Shown: piece by piece, positions 23,922 through 36,278 of the stretch
Layout of the letters: each line of letters begins with the position of its first letter
Numbering within the stretch: the first letter of the stretch is position 1
Assembly (NCBI GenBank): GCA_038087875.1
Contig: JAXLNO010000442.1
Span: 1-54,850, forward strand
DNA length: 54,850 nucleotides
DNA from: Malacoraja senta
Lineage: Eukaryota
Reading direction: 5' to 3'
Notes under the pieces: generated by a model
What the model was told of the DNA's origin: nothing
Seen by the model: only the letters and a program-made list of their open reading frames with translations
The model's database searches: none
Position numbers and translations under genes: made by a program

Positions 23922-24328
23922 CGATAATGTAAACGGTTTTACACCATTTATTGTTTTTAAAAAACACACAGCCTCGTGCATTGGTTGACAGGGATACAAA
24001 GCAAAAATACCAAAGGTTAATCGGGCAATGAGATTTTTTTCAAAGGCAAAGGTTATAATTGTGCAAAGAAATTGGAAAACACAACTTAGTTCAAAAGGTA
24101 GATAAAAATGCTGGAGTAACTTAGCGGGTGAGGCAGCATCTATGGAGCGAGGGAATAGGTGACGTTTCAGGTCATGTTATATGGAAGTTCGTGTACTCGT
24201 TTTGCATTAATGTTGCAAAAAAATAATTGAAAGAATTTATCACTGTTTATGTCGGGCTTTTTTTGCAGTGTTGTAGTTGTGGTGCAAGTTCAGAGGGAGG
24301 CACTCCTTGAATCAGCTAACTGTCTTAA

Positions 24329-24636
24329 AGCCCTGTCCCACGGTACGAGTTCATTCCAAGAGTTCTCCCGAGTTTGCCCTGATTCGAACTCGGAGATTTA
24401 CGGTAATGGCCACTCGTCGGTACTCGGGGCTCTCGTGGACATTTTTCATCATGTTGAAAAATCTTCCCGTGCTTACCTGCCGTTAGCGAGTCTTCCTGAG
24501 TACCTGCCGTTAGTGCTAAGAGACGTCCCCGAGCTCCGACGTACCCGCTATGTTCATTCTCCGTGCTTACCACGAGTTTGATTTTTTTTAAACTCGGGAG
24601 TGCTCTTGGAATGAACTTGTACCGTGGGACAGGGCT
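24329..24636. mobile_element. MITE, AGCCCTGTCCCAC termini, TTAA on both flanks (reverse copy at 29137-29453)
   Basis: ~35-bp TIR AGCCCTGTCCCACGGTACGAGTTCATTCCAAGAG. Confidence 0.88.
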
Positions 24637-25427
24637 TTAAATGTGTTTTATGTGTTGTCGTGGGTTATAAAAGCTCTTGCTGAGAATCTGCCCTCTTTAA
24701 TCTCCTGTCTAATCTTGAGCAGAAAAGAAGTTGGAATATTTGATATACTGTCCCCATATCTTTATATATATATGTCTAGTTTGTCAAATTGAGAAGTTAG
24801 CAAGCATTTCAAACTCTGCATGATTTCCACTAAAAACAATGTATTTTGGACGATAGTTCAGCCCAGCACAAACTTTTCTTTGAAGAAAAGGTTTGTTTCA
24901 GTCTTACCACATGAAACTTTGTTTACAATACTGATCAATGTAAGTTTTGTTTAAGGTCTGAGGTTTTACGTTATTACCGCTTGTTCCAATGCATCGGCCT
25001 TAAAAACAAACATTGGGTTTGTGCCAGGACTATGTTTCAAATACACATTTCCTCAAATGACAAGCACATTGAAAGTGACCGCAAATTTCATTATCAATGT
25101 CGACCTTCACTGAGAGTAGTTCCTGGGATATGGGAGATGGTCCTTATTTCTGAGGGGTCAAGGAGAAGTGATGCAGCTGGGGCAGGTTGGCAGAGAGGAC
25201 TGCTGTCCCACAGATGTTGAATGTAAGGAAAACAGACATGTGTAAGATGGTGAAATTAAGACCCATGCTCTTGTGTTTCAGTGAGAGCATTTATAATGGT
25301 TTGGAGCAATTCTTCCGACTATGTACAAACGCAAACATCTCATTGCAGCTTGACCACTGAAACTTGGGTAACCTGGGTTCTAGTTGCAGAAAGTTGAACA
25401 GTTTTCCCTTAATTCTGCAGATTGGCA

Positions 25428-25790
25428 CACTCTTAAGGGGTTGGACAGGCTAGATGCAAGAAGATTGTTCCCGATGTTGGGGAAGTCCAGAACAAGGGGT
25501 CACAGTTTAAGGATAAGGGGGAAGTCTTTTAGGACCAAGATGACAAAAACATTTTTTCACACAGAGAGTGGTGAATCTGTGGAATTCTCTGCCACAGAAA
25601 GTAGTTGAGGCCAGTTCATTGGCTATATTTAAGAGGGAGTTAGATGTGGCCCTTGTGGCTAAAGGGATCAGGGGGTATGGAGAGAAGGCAGGTACAGGAT
25701 ACTGAGTTGGATGATCAGCCATGATCATATTGAATGGCGGTGCAGGCTCGAAGGGCCGAATGGCCTACTCCTCCGCCTTGTTTCTATGTT
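25428..25790 (+). mobile_element. CR1-like LINE 3' end
   Basis: LKGLDRLDARRLFPMLGKSRTRGH. Confidence 0.88.
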
Positions 25791-26711
25791 TGTTAAAGCA
25801 ACTTTGCAGCAAGGAAGGTTGATAAAAGTGTTGAGGGACGAACCTGTGATGAACCTGGTCTTCGCTGAGAAGGTTTTGTCGTTAACATGTTGGTTAATGT
25901 CTTTGGCTGTGTTCCTGTGCAAAACCCAATATCTATGATGCCTGCCTTGTATATTTCTGAGACCGGAATTGTCTTCAGTAGGCATCTAAAGGCACTGGTA
26001 AAAAATACCTTGCCGTCCGTCCTTGGATAATCCTCCAAATCCACTGAAAAGATCAGGCACGGAAATCGCTATCAAAACATGCGGGGGACACAATTTCTTG
26101 GCGGCCGCGCGCGCTCACACACGCGAGGCTTCGGCCGTGGACCCGGTGGACGGTAACATTAGGAGCTGACCTCGTTGGTGACCAACTCCAAACTCCAGCA
26201 ACAACAGCTTCGTCCGCCCCGAATCGTGGGGCTTGAATCAGCCCGTTCACGGGGTCTTTCATCGGCCGGTGGGGGGGGGGGGGGCTTCAACATCGGGAGC
26301 CTCGATCGCCTCGATGCAGCAGTTTGTTTTTAAGCCGCGCCGGACACTGAAAGGCCCGATTCAGCCCATAGAAAGCATCTGATGAAGTCCGGATTACAAA
26401 ACATGGGGGGGGGGGGGAATTGTCCCCCACCTCTCAAAGTGGGGGGGGGGGGTCACACACACACACATACACGTGTGTTCCCCAGGATCTGCTCCCCCGG
26501 AAATCAGTCCGTGCCGGGCAAGCTTGCAGTTTTGAAGCTCTAATTACACTCAGTTGTACAGAGATATACCATATCATTGGGGAGTGGAAGATAAGGTGAG
26601 GTGGGTGGTCACGGCCTTTATACCTCAGGCCAGGGGACTCTGAGAGTAGGTGACACAGATCTAAGGTACAAGGGGAAAGATTTAAACGGGACCAGCAGAT
26701 GGTGGCGTATA

Positions 26712-27110
26712 CCAAAGATCCTATAGCGAGCAAGATAGACCACTCGACGAAAAAGACGTAGTACGGTCATGTGCAGGTTCAAGGGTAATTTTCGGCCCCA
26801 TTTCCGTAACCGGCTTCCGTCTCCGCACCAAAGATCCCATCACAGCGGAGCAAAGATACTAGTGCGGAGACGGAAGCCGGTTACGGAAACATCCTCGTAA
26901 AAATCAAAGTTCTTTGGTAAAAATCTTCTCATTTTCAGAATTATAATTTATTAACACAAACTGTCCCCCCGCAACGTTGATTACACTGCGAGTCGGGTCG
27001 GGTCGGGTTACTGAAATGGGTGAAAAAAAGGCCCACGTTCTGCTCCGCTACACGTCAGCCCGTTGCAATTAGCAGGAGTGGTCTATCTTGCTCCGCTATA
27101 GGATCTTTGG
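26712..27110. mobile_element. Non-autonomous TIR element with CCAAAGATCCTATAGCG termini, inserted in a CR1 remnant
   Basis: ~34-bp TIR; flanks CGTATA / CATATA; internal 28-bp inverted repeat. Confidence 0.82.
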
Positions 27111-27627
27111 CATATACATGAACGGGCGACCAGAGCAAGTTGCTGAGGTGGGAACAGGTAAAATGTTTAAATTACATCTGAAGAAGTTCATGGATAGAAA
27201 AGGGTCGAATGAAGGCAGATGGGACTCCCTCAGATAAAAGATCTTGGTCGGCATGGAGGGGCTGAGCTGAAAAGCCCATTTCCATGCTGTATAACTCAGA
27301 TTGCCATGATAACATTTGTTCAAAGTAAAGATACTGTCAGCATGTACAGACAAATATCTCTGGACATTTATGTTCATGCGGAAAATACTAATATTGTTTA
27401 AACTATGTTGGTTGATATGCATCTATGCACAAACAAAGTAAGGTTTTCATATCTTATTATGCAAAGGTTTTCTAATACGCTACCGTTCAAAGGTTCAAAG
27501 GTTCATTTATTGTCAAATACAGTGTAGTGAAATTCGAGTTGCCATTGCAGCACATTAATAAGAATACAACATAACATTATAAAGACATTTAACATATAAC
27601 ATTCACTTCTGAAGAAGGGTCTCGACT

Positions 27628-28046
27628 TCACTCGCCCCTCTGCAGGAACTATACATCAGGAGGGGCAACTCCAGAGCCAATGAGATCATGGGAGACCCCT
27701 TCCACCCCTGCAACGGACTGTTCCAGCTGCTACGGTCAGGCAAATGCCTCCGTTGCCATGCTGTTAGAACGGAGAGGTTGAGAAGGAGTTTCTTCCCAGA
27801 GGCCATTAGGACTGTAAACTCCTACCCCACCAGGGACTAACTTTACTGTACCACTCTACTGCTTTTTTTAAAATTGCTGGGTTTTTTTCTTCCTTTTTCC
27901 TTCCGCCCACAATATTTAATATGTAAAAGAATATGTGGTTCTGTTTGTAGTTTGTTTGTTTGTTTTTTTGCACAAAGTCTGCGAGCATTGCCACTTTTCA
28001 TTTCACTGCACGTGGTATGTGTATGTGACGAATAAACTTGACTTGA
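27628..28046 (+). mobile_element. Rex1/Babar-like 3' fragment
   Basis: Related to 28315-28880 in opposite orientation; AATAAACTTGACTTGA tail. Confidence 0.8.
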
Positions 28047-28314
28047 CCCAAAACGTCGCCTATTCCTTCGCTCCATAGAAGCTGCCTCACCCGCTGAGTT
28101 TCTCCAGCTTTTTTGTGTCTACTATTCACTTAGTGATTTTATGTTGGCACATACCATGTGCTTCCTCTGTTGCTTCTTTTTCTGTTTCTTTCGAACGTCA
28201 TTAGATTGACTTGTCTTTGATTTCACCAAGATAATGGTGTTCGTAGATCTCTGACACTGGAAATGGAGATTGTGCCTCTTAAAACTGTACAACAAGAGGT
28301 GGGGTGATGGTACA

Positions 28315-28880
28315 AGTCAAGTCAACTTTATTTGTCACATACACATACAAGACGTGCAGTGAAATGAAAGTGGCAATGCCTGCGGATTGTGCAAAAACTA
28401 CAGAACAGAATAGAACAGAACCACTATTTACATTTTAGAAAAAAAATAAAAAGACACAACACAACAGTCAATTAGTCCCTGGTAAGACAAGAGTTTACAG
28501 TCCTGATGGTCTGTGGGAAGAAACTCCGTCTCACCCTCTCTGTTTTCACAGCGGAGGCGCTTGCCTGACCGTAGCAGCCGGAACAGTCCGTTGCTGGGGT
28601 GGTAGGGGTCCCCCATAATGTTGCTGGTTTTGGATCTGCACCCCCTGGTGTATAGTTCCTGCAGGGGGGTGAGTGTAGTTCCCATAGTGCGTTCGGCCGA
28701 ACGCACTACTCTCTGCAGAGCCTTCCTGTCCTGGACAGAGCTGTTCCCAAACCAGATTGAGATATTGCCGGACAAGATGCTTTCTACAGCCCCAGAGTAG
28801 AAGCACTGAAGGATCCTCAGAGAGACTCTGAATTTCCTCAGCTGCCTGAGGTGGTAAAGGAGCTGCCTTGCCTTCTCACA
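28315..28880 (-). mobile_element. Rex1/Babar-like 3' fragment
   Basis: SIWFGNSSVQDRKALQRVVRSAERTMG...DPYHPSNGLFRLLRSGKRLR. Confidence 0.85.
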
Positions 28881-29136
28881 AGCTGCGAAACAGCTTATAA
28901 GAGAAAAGTCATTAAAAAAACTGATTTCTTAGTTGATGCGTGATTTTACTGGAGTGTCATTTGGGCCAAACGTGAATAAAAATGGTTTAAAACTTGGATC
29001 TCATTTTCACTAAATGATATTTGCGAAAATGCGTTAAATAAACTGCTGGAGAAGCACAATATTGTTTCCAGGTTGCTGAATTAAAGAGTCTGGTGCTGCA
29101 CTGTCTTGTGCCGTGTAGGTTGTGCAAGGGCTTAAA

Positions 29137-29453
29137 AGCCCTGTCCCACTGTACGAGTTCATTCAAGAGCTCTTCCGAGTTTAAAAAAAAATCAAACTCG
29201 TGGTAAGCACGTAGAATGTACATAGCGGGTATGTCGGAGCTCGGGGACGTCTCATAGCGGCTCGTAACGCTAACGGCAGGTACTCGGGAAACGCGGGTAA
29301 GCTCGGGAAGACTTGTAAAGATTTTTCAACATGTTGAAAAATGTCCACGAGAGCCCCGAGTACCAACGAACGGCTACTACCGTAAATCTCAGAGTTCGAA
29401 TCGGGGCAAACTCGGGAGAACTCTTGAATGAACTCGTACAGCGGGACAGGGCT
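29137..29453. mobile_element. MITE, same subfamily as 24329-24636
   Basis: Same TIRs, inverted interior. Confidence 0.85.
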
Positions 29454-30169
29454 ATGAGGACATCAGGACACAAGGCCACTCATTGCACTGTACCCAGGCT
29501 CTAATCTAGCCTTGCATCACGATTTATGTGGTTGATCCAATTGAGTTTCTGATGAAATGTGGACACTACCTCCCCCTGGATCTATGTGGGGAACTCGGCA
29601 ATGGAAATGCTATTGAATGTCATGTCCAGGCGGTTAGACTCTTTCTTGTTAGGGACAGTCATTTGTTTGCCACTTGTACAGTGCTCAATGTTACTTTCCA
29701 CCAAGCCTGAATGTTGTCTGGATCTCCCTGCGTACATGTGTGAACTGGTTCCTTTACTGAGGAGTTGTTACTGAAAGTGATCTTTGTACAAACGTCAGTG
29801 AACTTCTCCACATCTGACATTCCAATGGAAGTAAGGTAATTGGTGAAGCAGCTGAAAGTGGTTGGTCCGAAGGACTCTGCCTTGTGGAACGATGCAGTAA
29901 TGTGCTGAGACCGGGATATTGCCCACCATCAGTCACAATCACCCTCCAGACGTTGGTGCCCTTGATCCTCGTTGCTCGTTGCCTTCAGTTTTACCAAGTT
30001 TCATCTATGTCACAAGGTTAAATACTGTCTTTAGCAATATCTCACTTTGCTTTTGAAATACAACCCATTCTGACTAAACCCTCCCATATCTCTAGTTTTC
30101 CTCTCCCCTGACTCTCAGTCTGAAGAAGGGCCTCGACCCAAATGGACTCGCCCAATGTTGCTGAATAAC

Positions 30170-30462
30170 CCATCGGTCTAGGCATAAGCTCAGGAGTGAC
30201 CGCGCCTTTGCGGTTGCAGCTCCTAGACTGTGGAACAGCATCCCCCTTCCCATCAGAACTGCCCCCTCCATCAACTCCTTTAAGTCAAGACTAAAAACTT
30301 ATCTATACTCCCAAGCCTTTCTTGACGTCCTCTGAGCGAGGGCTACATGTATATATGTATGTAGTTTGTTTGTTTATACTATTCTTATAAAGCACTTTGG
30401 CCAACGAGAGTTGTTTTTTAAATGTGCTATATAAATAAATGTGACTTGACTTGACTTGACTT
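30170..30462 (+). mobile_element. L2-like LINE 3' fragment
   Basis: GACCGCGCCTTTGCGGTTGCAGCTCCTAGACTGTGGAAC (DRAFAVAAPRLWN) plus tail with (GACTT)n; reverse copy at ~20552-21170. Confidence 0.75.
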
Positions 30463-30464
30463 GA

Positions 30465-30775
30465 ATGTTAGGCGAGTCCAGAACCAGGGGCCACACAGTC
30501 TTAGAATAAAAGGGAGGCCATTTAAGACTGAGAAAAAACTTTTTCACCCAGAGAGTTGTGAATTTGTGGAATTCCCTGCCACAGAGGGCAGTGGAGGCCA
30601 AGTCACTGGATGGATTTAAGAGAGAGTTAGATAGAGCTCTAGGGGCTAGTGGAGTCAAGGGATATGGGGAGAAGGCAGGCACGGGTTATTGATAGGGGAT
30701 GATCAGCCATGATCACAATGAATGGCGGTGCTGGCTCGAAGGGCCGAATGTCCTTCTCCTGCGCCTATTTTCTAT
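30465..30775 (+). mobile_element. CR1-like LINE 3' end, third variant (reverse copy at 32880-33182)
   Basis: SRTRGH / LWNSLPQRAVEA coding remnants and CR1 tail. Confidence 0.82.
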
Positions 30776-31074
30776 GAAACGTCATCCCAATCCTTCTCTC
30801 CAGAGATGCTGCCTGACCTGCTGAATTACTCCAGCATTTTGTGTCCATTCTGACTGAGGCTATGATGAAGTCTGGAGCAGATTGATCCTGGTGAAATCCA
30901 AAAAGGGCATTGCTCATGAAACCTTCCACTGCTTTGTTGATTAACACAATAGTATTTGGATGTTAACTAGTCTAATTGGATTGGTCCTGCTTAGTGTCGA
31001 AAGAACACACCTGGGCAATTTTTCACATTGATGGATAGTAGTTGTATCTACTAAAACAGCTTGGTGAGGGGAGT

Positions 31075-31530
31075 GGTTTAAGAAAGAACTGCAGATGCTG
31101 GAAAAATCGAAGATAGACAAAAATGCGGGTGAGGCAGCATCTATGGAGCGAAGGAATAGGTGATGTGTCGGGTCAAGACCCTTCTTCAGACTGATGTGGA
31201 GGTGGGGTGGGGAGGCCGGGAAGAAGAAAGGAAGAGGTGGAGACAGTAGGCTGTGGGAGAGCTGGGAAGGGGAGGGGAAGGAGGGAGAAAGCAAGGACTA
31301 CCTGAAATTGGAGAAGTCAATGTTCATACTGCTGGGGTGTAAACTACCCAAGCGAAATATGAGGTGCTGCTCCTCCAATTTGCGGTGGGACTCACTCTGG
31401 CCATGGAGGAGGCCCAGGACAGAAAGGTCGGATTGGGAATGGGAGGGGGAGTTGAAGTGCTGGGCTTATTCCTTCTCTCCATAGATGCTGCCTCACCCGC
31501 TGAGTTTCTCCAGCATTTTTGTCTGCCTTT
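31075..31530 (-). mobile_element. Penelope-like element 3' end (GIY-YIG remnant) with short inverted copy of the terminal repeat
   Basis: Reverse complement of the 41990-42442 family. Confidence 0.85.
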
Positions 31531-31764
31531 GGTGAGGGGAGTGGATGGTTCTGAGATTCAGGTCTTTATTACTACAGCCTGGAAGACTGATTCCAAAGCT
31601 TTTTCATATATGAGTGCCCTCAGCCATTTCTTGACGTTAGTTAGGGTGTATCAATTAGCTGGGGGTGAGCTTCTGTGGTAATGGAGTTTTCTGGACAAAG
31701 CATGAGAAGGGTCATCCACTTGGCACCTTAGGCTGGTTGCAGCTGCCTTCAATACTCATTGTGG

Positions 31765-32465
31765 ACGAGACCTGGGTGTCATGGTACACCAGGCATTGAA
31801 AGTAGGCATGCAGGTGCAGCAGGCAGTGAAGAAAGCGAATGGTATGTTAGCATTCATAGCAAAAGGATTTGAGTATAGGAGCAGTGAGGTACTACTGCAG
31901 TTGTACAGGGTCTTGGTGAAACCACACCTGGAGTATTGCATACAGTTTTGTTCTCCAAACCTGAGGAAGGACATTCTTGCCATAGAGGGAGTGCAGAGAA
32001 GGTTCACCAGACTGATTCCTGGGATGTCAGGACTTTCATATGAAGAAAGACTGGATAGACTCGGCTTGTACTCGCTAGAATTTAGGAGATTGAGGGGGGA
32101 TCTTATAGAAACTTACAAAATTCTTAAGGGGTTGGACAGGTTAGATGCAGGAAGATCGTTCCTGATGTTTGGGAAGTCCAGGACAAGGGGTCACAGCTTG
32201 AGGATAAAGGGGAAATCCTTTTTTCGCACAGAGAGTGGTGAATCTCTGGAACTCTCTGCCACAGAGGGTAGTTGAGGCCAGTTCATTGGCTATATTTAAG
32301 AGGGAGTTAGATGTGGCCCTTGTGGCTAAAGGGATCAGGGGGTATGGAGAGAAGGCAGGTACAGGATACTGAGTTGGATGATCAGCCATGATCATATTGA
32401 ATGGCGGTGCTGGCTCGAAGGGCCGAATGGCCTACTCCTGCACCTATTTTCTATGTTTCTATGTT
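31765..32465 (+). mobile_element. CR1-like LINE, 5'-truncated
   Basis: ORF 31781-32275; tail. Confidence 0.92.
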
Positions 32466-33554
32466 TTAGAGCCCTCGCTTCCCAATGGCTGTTACTAACA
32501 CATGCATCATGAGCTGGAATTGCCGTCTCTGCCATTGAATTAAATCATCATCGTCACTTTAATTCTGCAATGCCAGCTGCCAGTGTTAATCTTTTTTCTC
32601 CCTTGCACATTAAGTATCTATCAACTCTGCTTCCACCACCCTTTGAGAGTTTCCCCAACTATGGGAGTTCTGGGAGACAAAAAAAACCCATCATCTGTTT
32701 TAAACAGATAATTCCTTATTTTTTAAATGTGGTCCCTGCTTTAAATTCTGTTGCATAAGGAAACATCCTCACCATGTCCATCTTATCAAGACATCTCAGA
32801 ATCTTCTAAGCTTCATGATCAATTTCTGAGATTTCAATTCATCTTCCACCATCACTCGTGACTCGTGGATGTGATAGGAATAGAAACATAGAAAACAGGT
32901 GCAGGAGGAGGCCATTCGGCCCTTCGAGCCAGCACCGCCATTCATTGTGATCGTGGCTGATCAATAACCCGTGCCCGCCTTCTCCCCATATCCCTTGATT
33001 CCACTCGGCCCTAGAGCTCTATCTAACGCTCTCTTAAATCCATCCAGTGACTTGGCCTCCACTGCCCTCTGTGGCAGGGAATTCCACAAATTCACAACTC
33101 TCTGGGTGAAAAAGTTTTTTCTCACATCAGTCTTAAATGGCCTCCCCTTTATTCTAAGACTGTGGCCCCTGGTTCTGGACTTTGTGTAGAATGTAGAACT
33201 TTGATCAGATCTGTTGGCAATGAGATGGATTCATTGTCTATATTGCTTGTTATTTGCTGTTTGGAATACATACACTTCTGTGTTGGTTAGCTTTTGGCTG
33301 ATGCTCCGATTAACATCCTTTCTACGCTCATAAAAGCAAATGAAACCGTAACAGTTGGCCCTTCAGATTACTAAGGGAAAAGCAACAAAAATGTCCTTGC
33401 TCATTATTCAATTCCTGCGCGGATTAAATTGTGCTGGAATGTCTTTTTGCAGTTTGCAGACTGCTGGTGTAAAAGATTTAGATATTGGAGGTGACAAGCT
33501 CACTATCAATTTGCAACTGTAGAAAAGAATGCTGGAGAGGCGTTAAGGAATACC

Positions 33555-34118
33555 TGGAGACCACACCTGGAGTATTGTGTGCAGTTTTGGTCCCCTAATT
33601 TGAGGAAGGGCATTCGTGCTATTGAGGGAGTGCAGCGTAGGTTTACAAGGTTAATTCCCGGAATGGCGGGACTTTCGTATGGTGAGAGAATGGAGCAGCT
33701 GGGCTTGTACACTCTGGAGTTTAGAAGGATGAGAGGGAATCTCATTGAAACATATGATTGTTAAGGGCTTGGACACGCTAGAGGCAGCAAACATGTTCCC
33801 GATGTTGGGGGAGTCCAGAACCAGGGGCCACAGTTTAAGAATAAGGGGTAAGCCATTTAGAACGGAGACGAGGAAACACTTTTTCTCACTGAGAGTAGTG
33901 ATTCTGTGGAATTCTCTGCCTCAGAGGGCGGTGGAGGCAGGTTCTCTGGATGCTTTCAAGAGAAAGCTAGATAGGGCTCTTAAAAAATAGCGGAGTCAGG
34001 GGATATGGGGAGAAGGCAGGAACGGGTTACTGATTGGGGATGATCAACCATGATCAAATTGAATGGTGGTGCTGGCTCGAAGAGCCAAATGGCCTACTCC
34101 TGCACCTATTGTCTATTG
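33555..34118 (+). mobile_element. CR1-like LINE, 5'-truncated
   Basis: ORFs 33579-33764 and 33745-33990 (frameshifted). Confidence 0.9.
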
Positions 34119-34540
34119 AATAGAAAGGTTTCACAACCTGTGAAGTGCATGTGGGTTTAATCAATGTTTAAGAAAGAACTGCAGATGCTGTAAAAAATCA
34201 AAGGTAGACAGAAATGCTGGAGAAACTCAACGGGTGAGGCAGCATCTATGGAGCAAAGGAATATGTCTCGACCCGAAACGTCACCTATTCCTTCGCTCCA
34301 TAGATGCTGCCTCCCCCACTGAGTTTCTCCAGCATTTTTGTCTACCGTTGGTTTAATAAAAATAATTTCAGAAGTTACCAAAAATGTTTGAGACAATGGT
34401 CCATACTAGTTCATCATTAAAACGATGTCCTTAACCCTCGGGCATAGGCTGAACGTGTAATATATTCCAGTCTGTATTTTATGACTCATTGATCCTGCTG
34501 TGACTGATTTTTCTGCTGTGAAGTAAACCTCTTGAAATTA

Positions 34541-34857
34541 TGGGCCTGTCCCACTTACCCGACTTTTTCGGTGACTGCCGGCACCGGTCATAGGTCGTTG
34601 CAGGTCGGCGAAAATGTTCAACATGTTGAAAATTCAGCGGCGACCAGAAAGCCGCTACGACTCTTTGGGCGACTGAGGAGACTACTCACGACCATACAGG
34701 CGACACCCTGGCGACATGTCGTGGGGTGAAGCCAGTATGGTCGTGAGTAGTCGCCCAAGGAGTCGTACCTTGTTCTGGTCGCCATGTTGAAAATATTCGG
34801 CGACCTATGACGGGTGGCGGCAGTAGCCGAAAAAGTCACGTAAGTGGGACAGGCCCA
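34541..34857. mobile_element. MITE, TGGGCCTGTCCCACTTAC termini
   Basis: Perfect terminal inverted repeat, flanked by TTA and TAA. Confidence 0.88.
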
Positions 34858-35339
34858 TAAGTTTGGGATTGAGAATGAATGTAAATACAATTTGAGTAAA
34901 ATTTACAACCGAGACTGCAGGTCCTCACTCTACCCCACTACCCAGGAGTTGCAGGTATGTTGGTGGTGATGGCATTGGAGCATTTGAGGAGATGAATTAA
35001 ATGCACATGCGACAAACCTTGTGTGCAGTTAGCAAGTTGCAGTGTTAGTCTTTTTACAAGAGTAGGTGTACAGGCCCAATGGGGACATTGCCCGTACAGA
35101 AATGAGCTCTTGGTTTGATTCTCAAGAAGATTTTTTAAAAACTCATTTGATCCTCATCGGAAGGAGACTTCAGCGTGGTACAACAGCATTGTGAAGAATA
35201 TTGTTTTCATATCGGGTGCACTCCAATTAGTTTTTGCATGTTGGCTGGTGTGGGCAAGTTGGGCCGAAGGGCCTGTTTCCACGCTGTAAGACTCTGACTT
35301 ACAATCTTGTAACCATGGCTAATATTTGTGCTATTGTAA

Positions 35340-35712
35340 TAAGTAAGTAAGTTTATTGGCCAAGTATTCACATACAAGGAATTTGCCTTGGTGCTCCGCC
35401 CACAAGTAACAACATACAGTGACAGTTACGAATGACTCAGAAAACACTAAACATTAATAATAATAAAACATTAATGATAAAACACCATTGATCAAGCATG
35501 TGGACCAACAAAATACCAGATCACAGGGAGGCTACAGATTTTTGGCTGTTGAGTAGAGCAACTACTCGTGGATAAAAACTGTTTTTATGTCTGGCTGTGG
35601 CAGCTTTGACAGTCCGGAGTCGCCTTCCAGAGGGAAGTGATTCAAAGTGTTTGTGGCCAGGGTGAGAGGGGTCAGAGATGATCTTGCCCGCTCGCTTCCT
35701 GGCCCTTGCAGG
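35340..35712 (-). mobile_element. Rex1/Babar-like 3' fragment
   Basis: KIISDPSHPGHKHFESLPSGRRLRTVKAATARHKNSFYPRVVALLN. Confidence 0.82.
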
Positions 35713-36097
35713 AATATTTCTCACTCCAGAGATGCTGCCTGTCCCACTGTGTTACTCCAGTATTTTGTGTCTACCCTTGGTTTAAACCAGCATCTGCAGT
35801 TCCTTCGTACACTAATATTTGTGCACTGAGATATAAATGGAGAAAACATCATCCAGGTCCGCGTTCCTATTGTACTCGCTAAAGAAGTTGAAAGAACAAA
35901 GATTTGCCGTCTGGATCGAATTTTCAATTCAGTTCACATGTCATCCACAAGCGAAGCAGTCCCTGGCTGCATGTTGTACATCTGGACAAAGAGCCAGGCT
36001 TGTGGCCTCGTAGGTGGCCATGTGACCTTTGCATCACGGCCCTAATAACCATCTCCGTCAAGAGAGTGTAAACTCTGCTCCCGTGGCATTCAGTGGC

Positions 36098-36278
36098 GGA
36101 ATGGTACCATTCGGCACCGCCGTTTTAGCTCCACCGTTTCGGCTTTTCGGGGTGTTAGAGTTAGGGTTTCGGGGTGTTAGGGTTAGGGTTTCGGGGTGTT
36201 CGGGTTAGGGTTCTGATGAGTACAGATATTATAAACGGAGGCGCCGAAACGGCGACGCTGCCGAAAAGTACCCGACCC
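36098..36278. mobile_element. Small element with 9-bp TSD, imperfect TIRs and internal TTAGGG-like repeats (Mutator-like MITE)
   Basis: TTCAGTGGC at 36089-36097 and 36279-36287; GG...CC termini; GTACCATTCGGCA / TGCCGAAAAGTAC. Confidence 0.7.

Noticed and set aside
25793..26044. Minus-strand ORF with TDGKVFF, faintly like a transposase or CGGBP-type N-terminus
   Set aside because: Expected zinc-finger cysteines are missing and similarity is too weak to support without a search
36136..36212. Interstitial telomere or chromosome fusion relic
   Set aside because: Short, degenerate and enclosed by inverted ends plus a 9-bp duplication, so better explained as transposon interior
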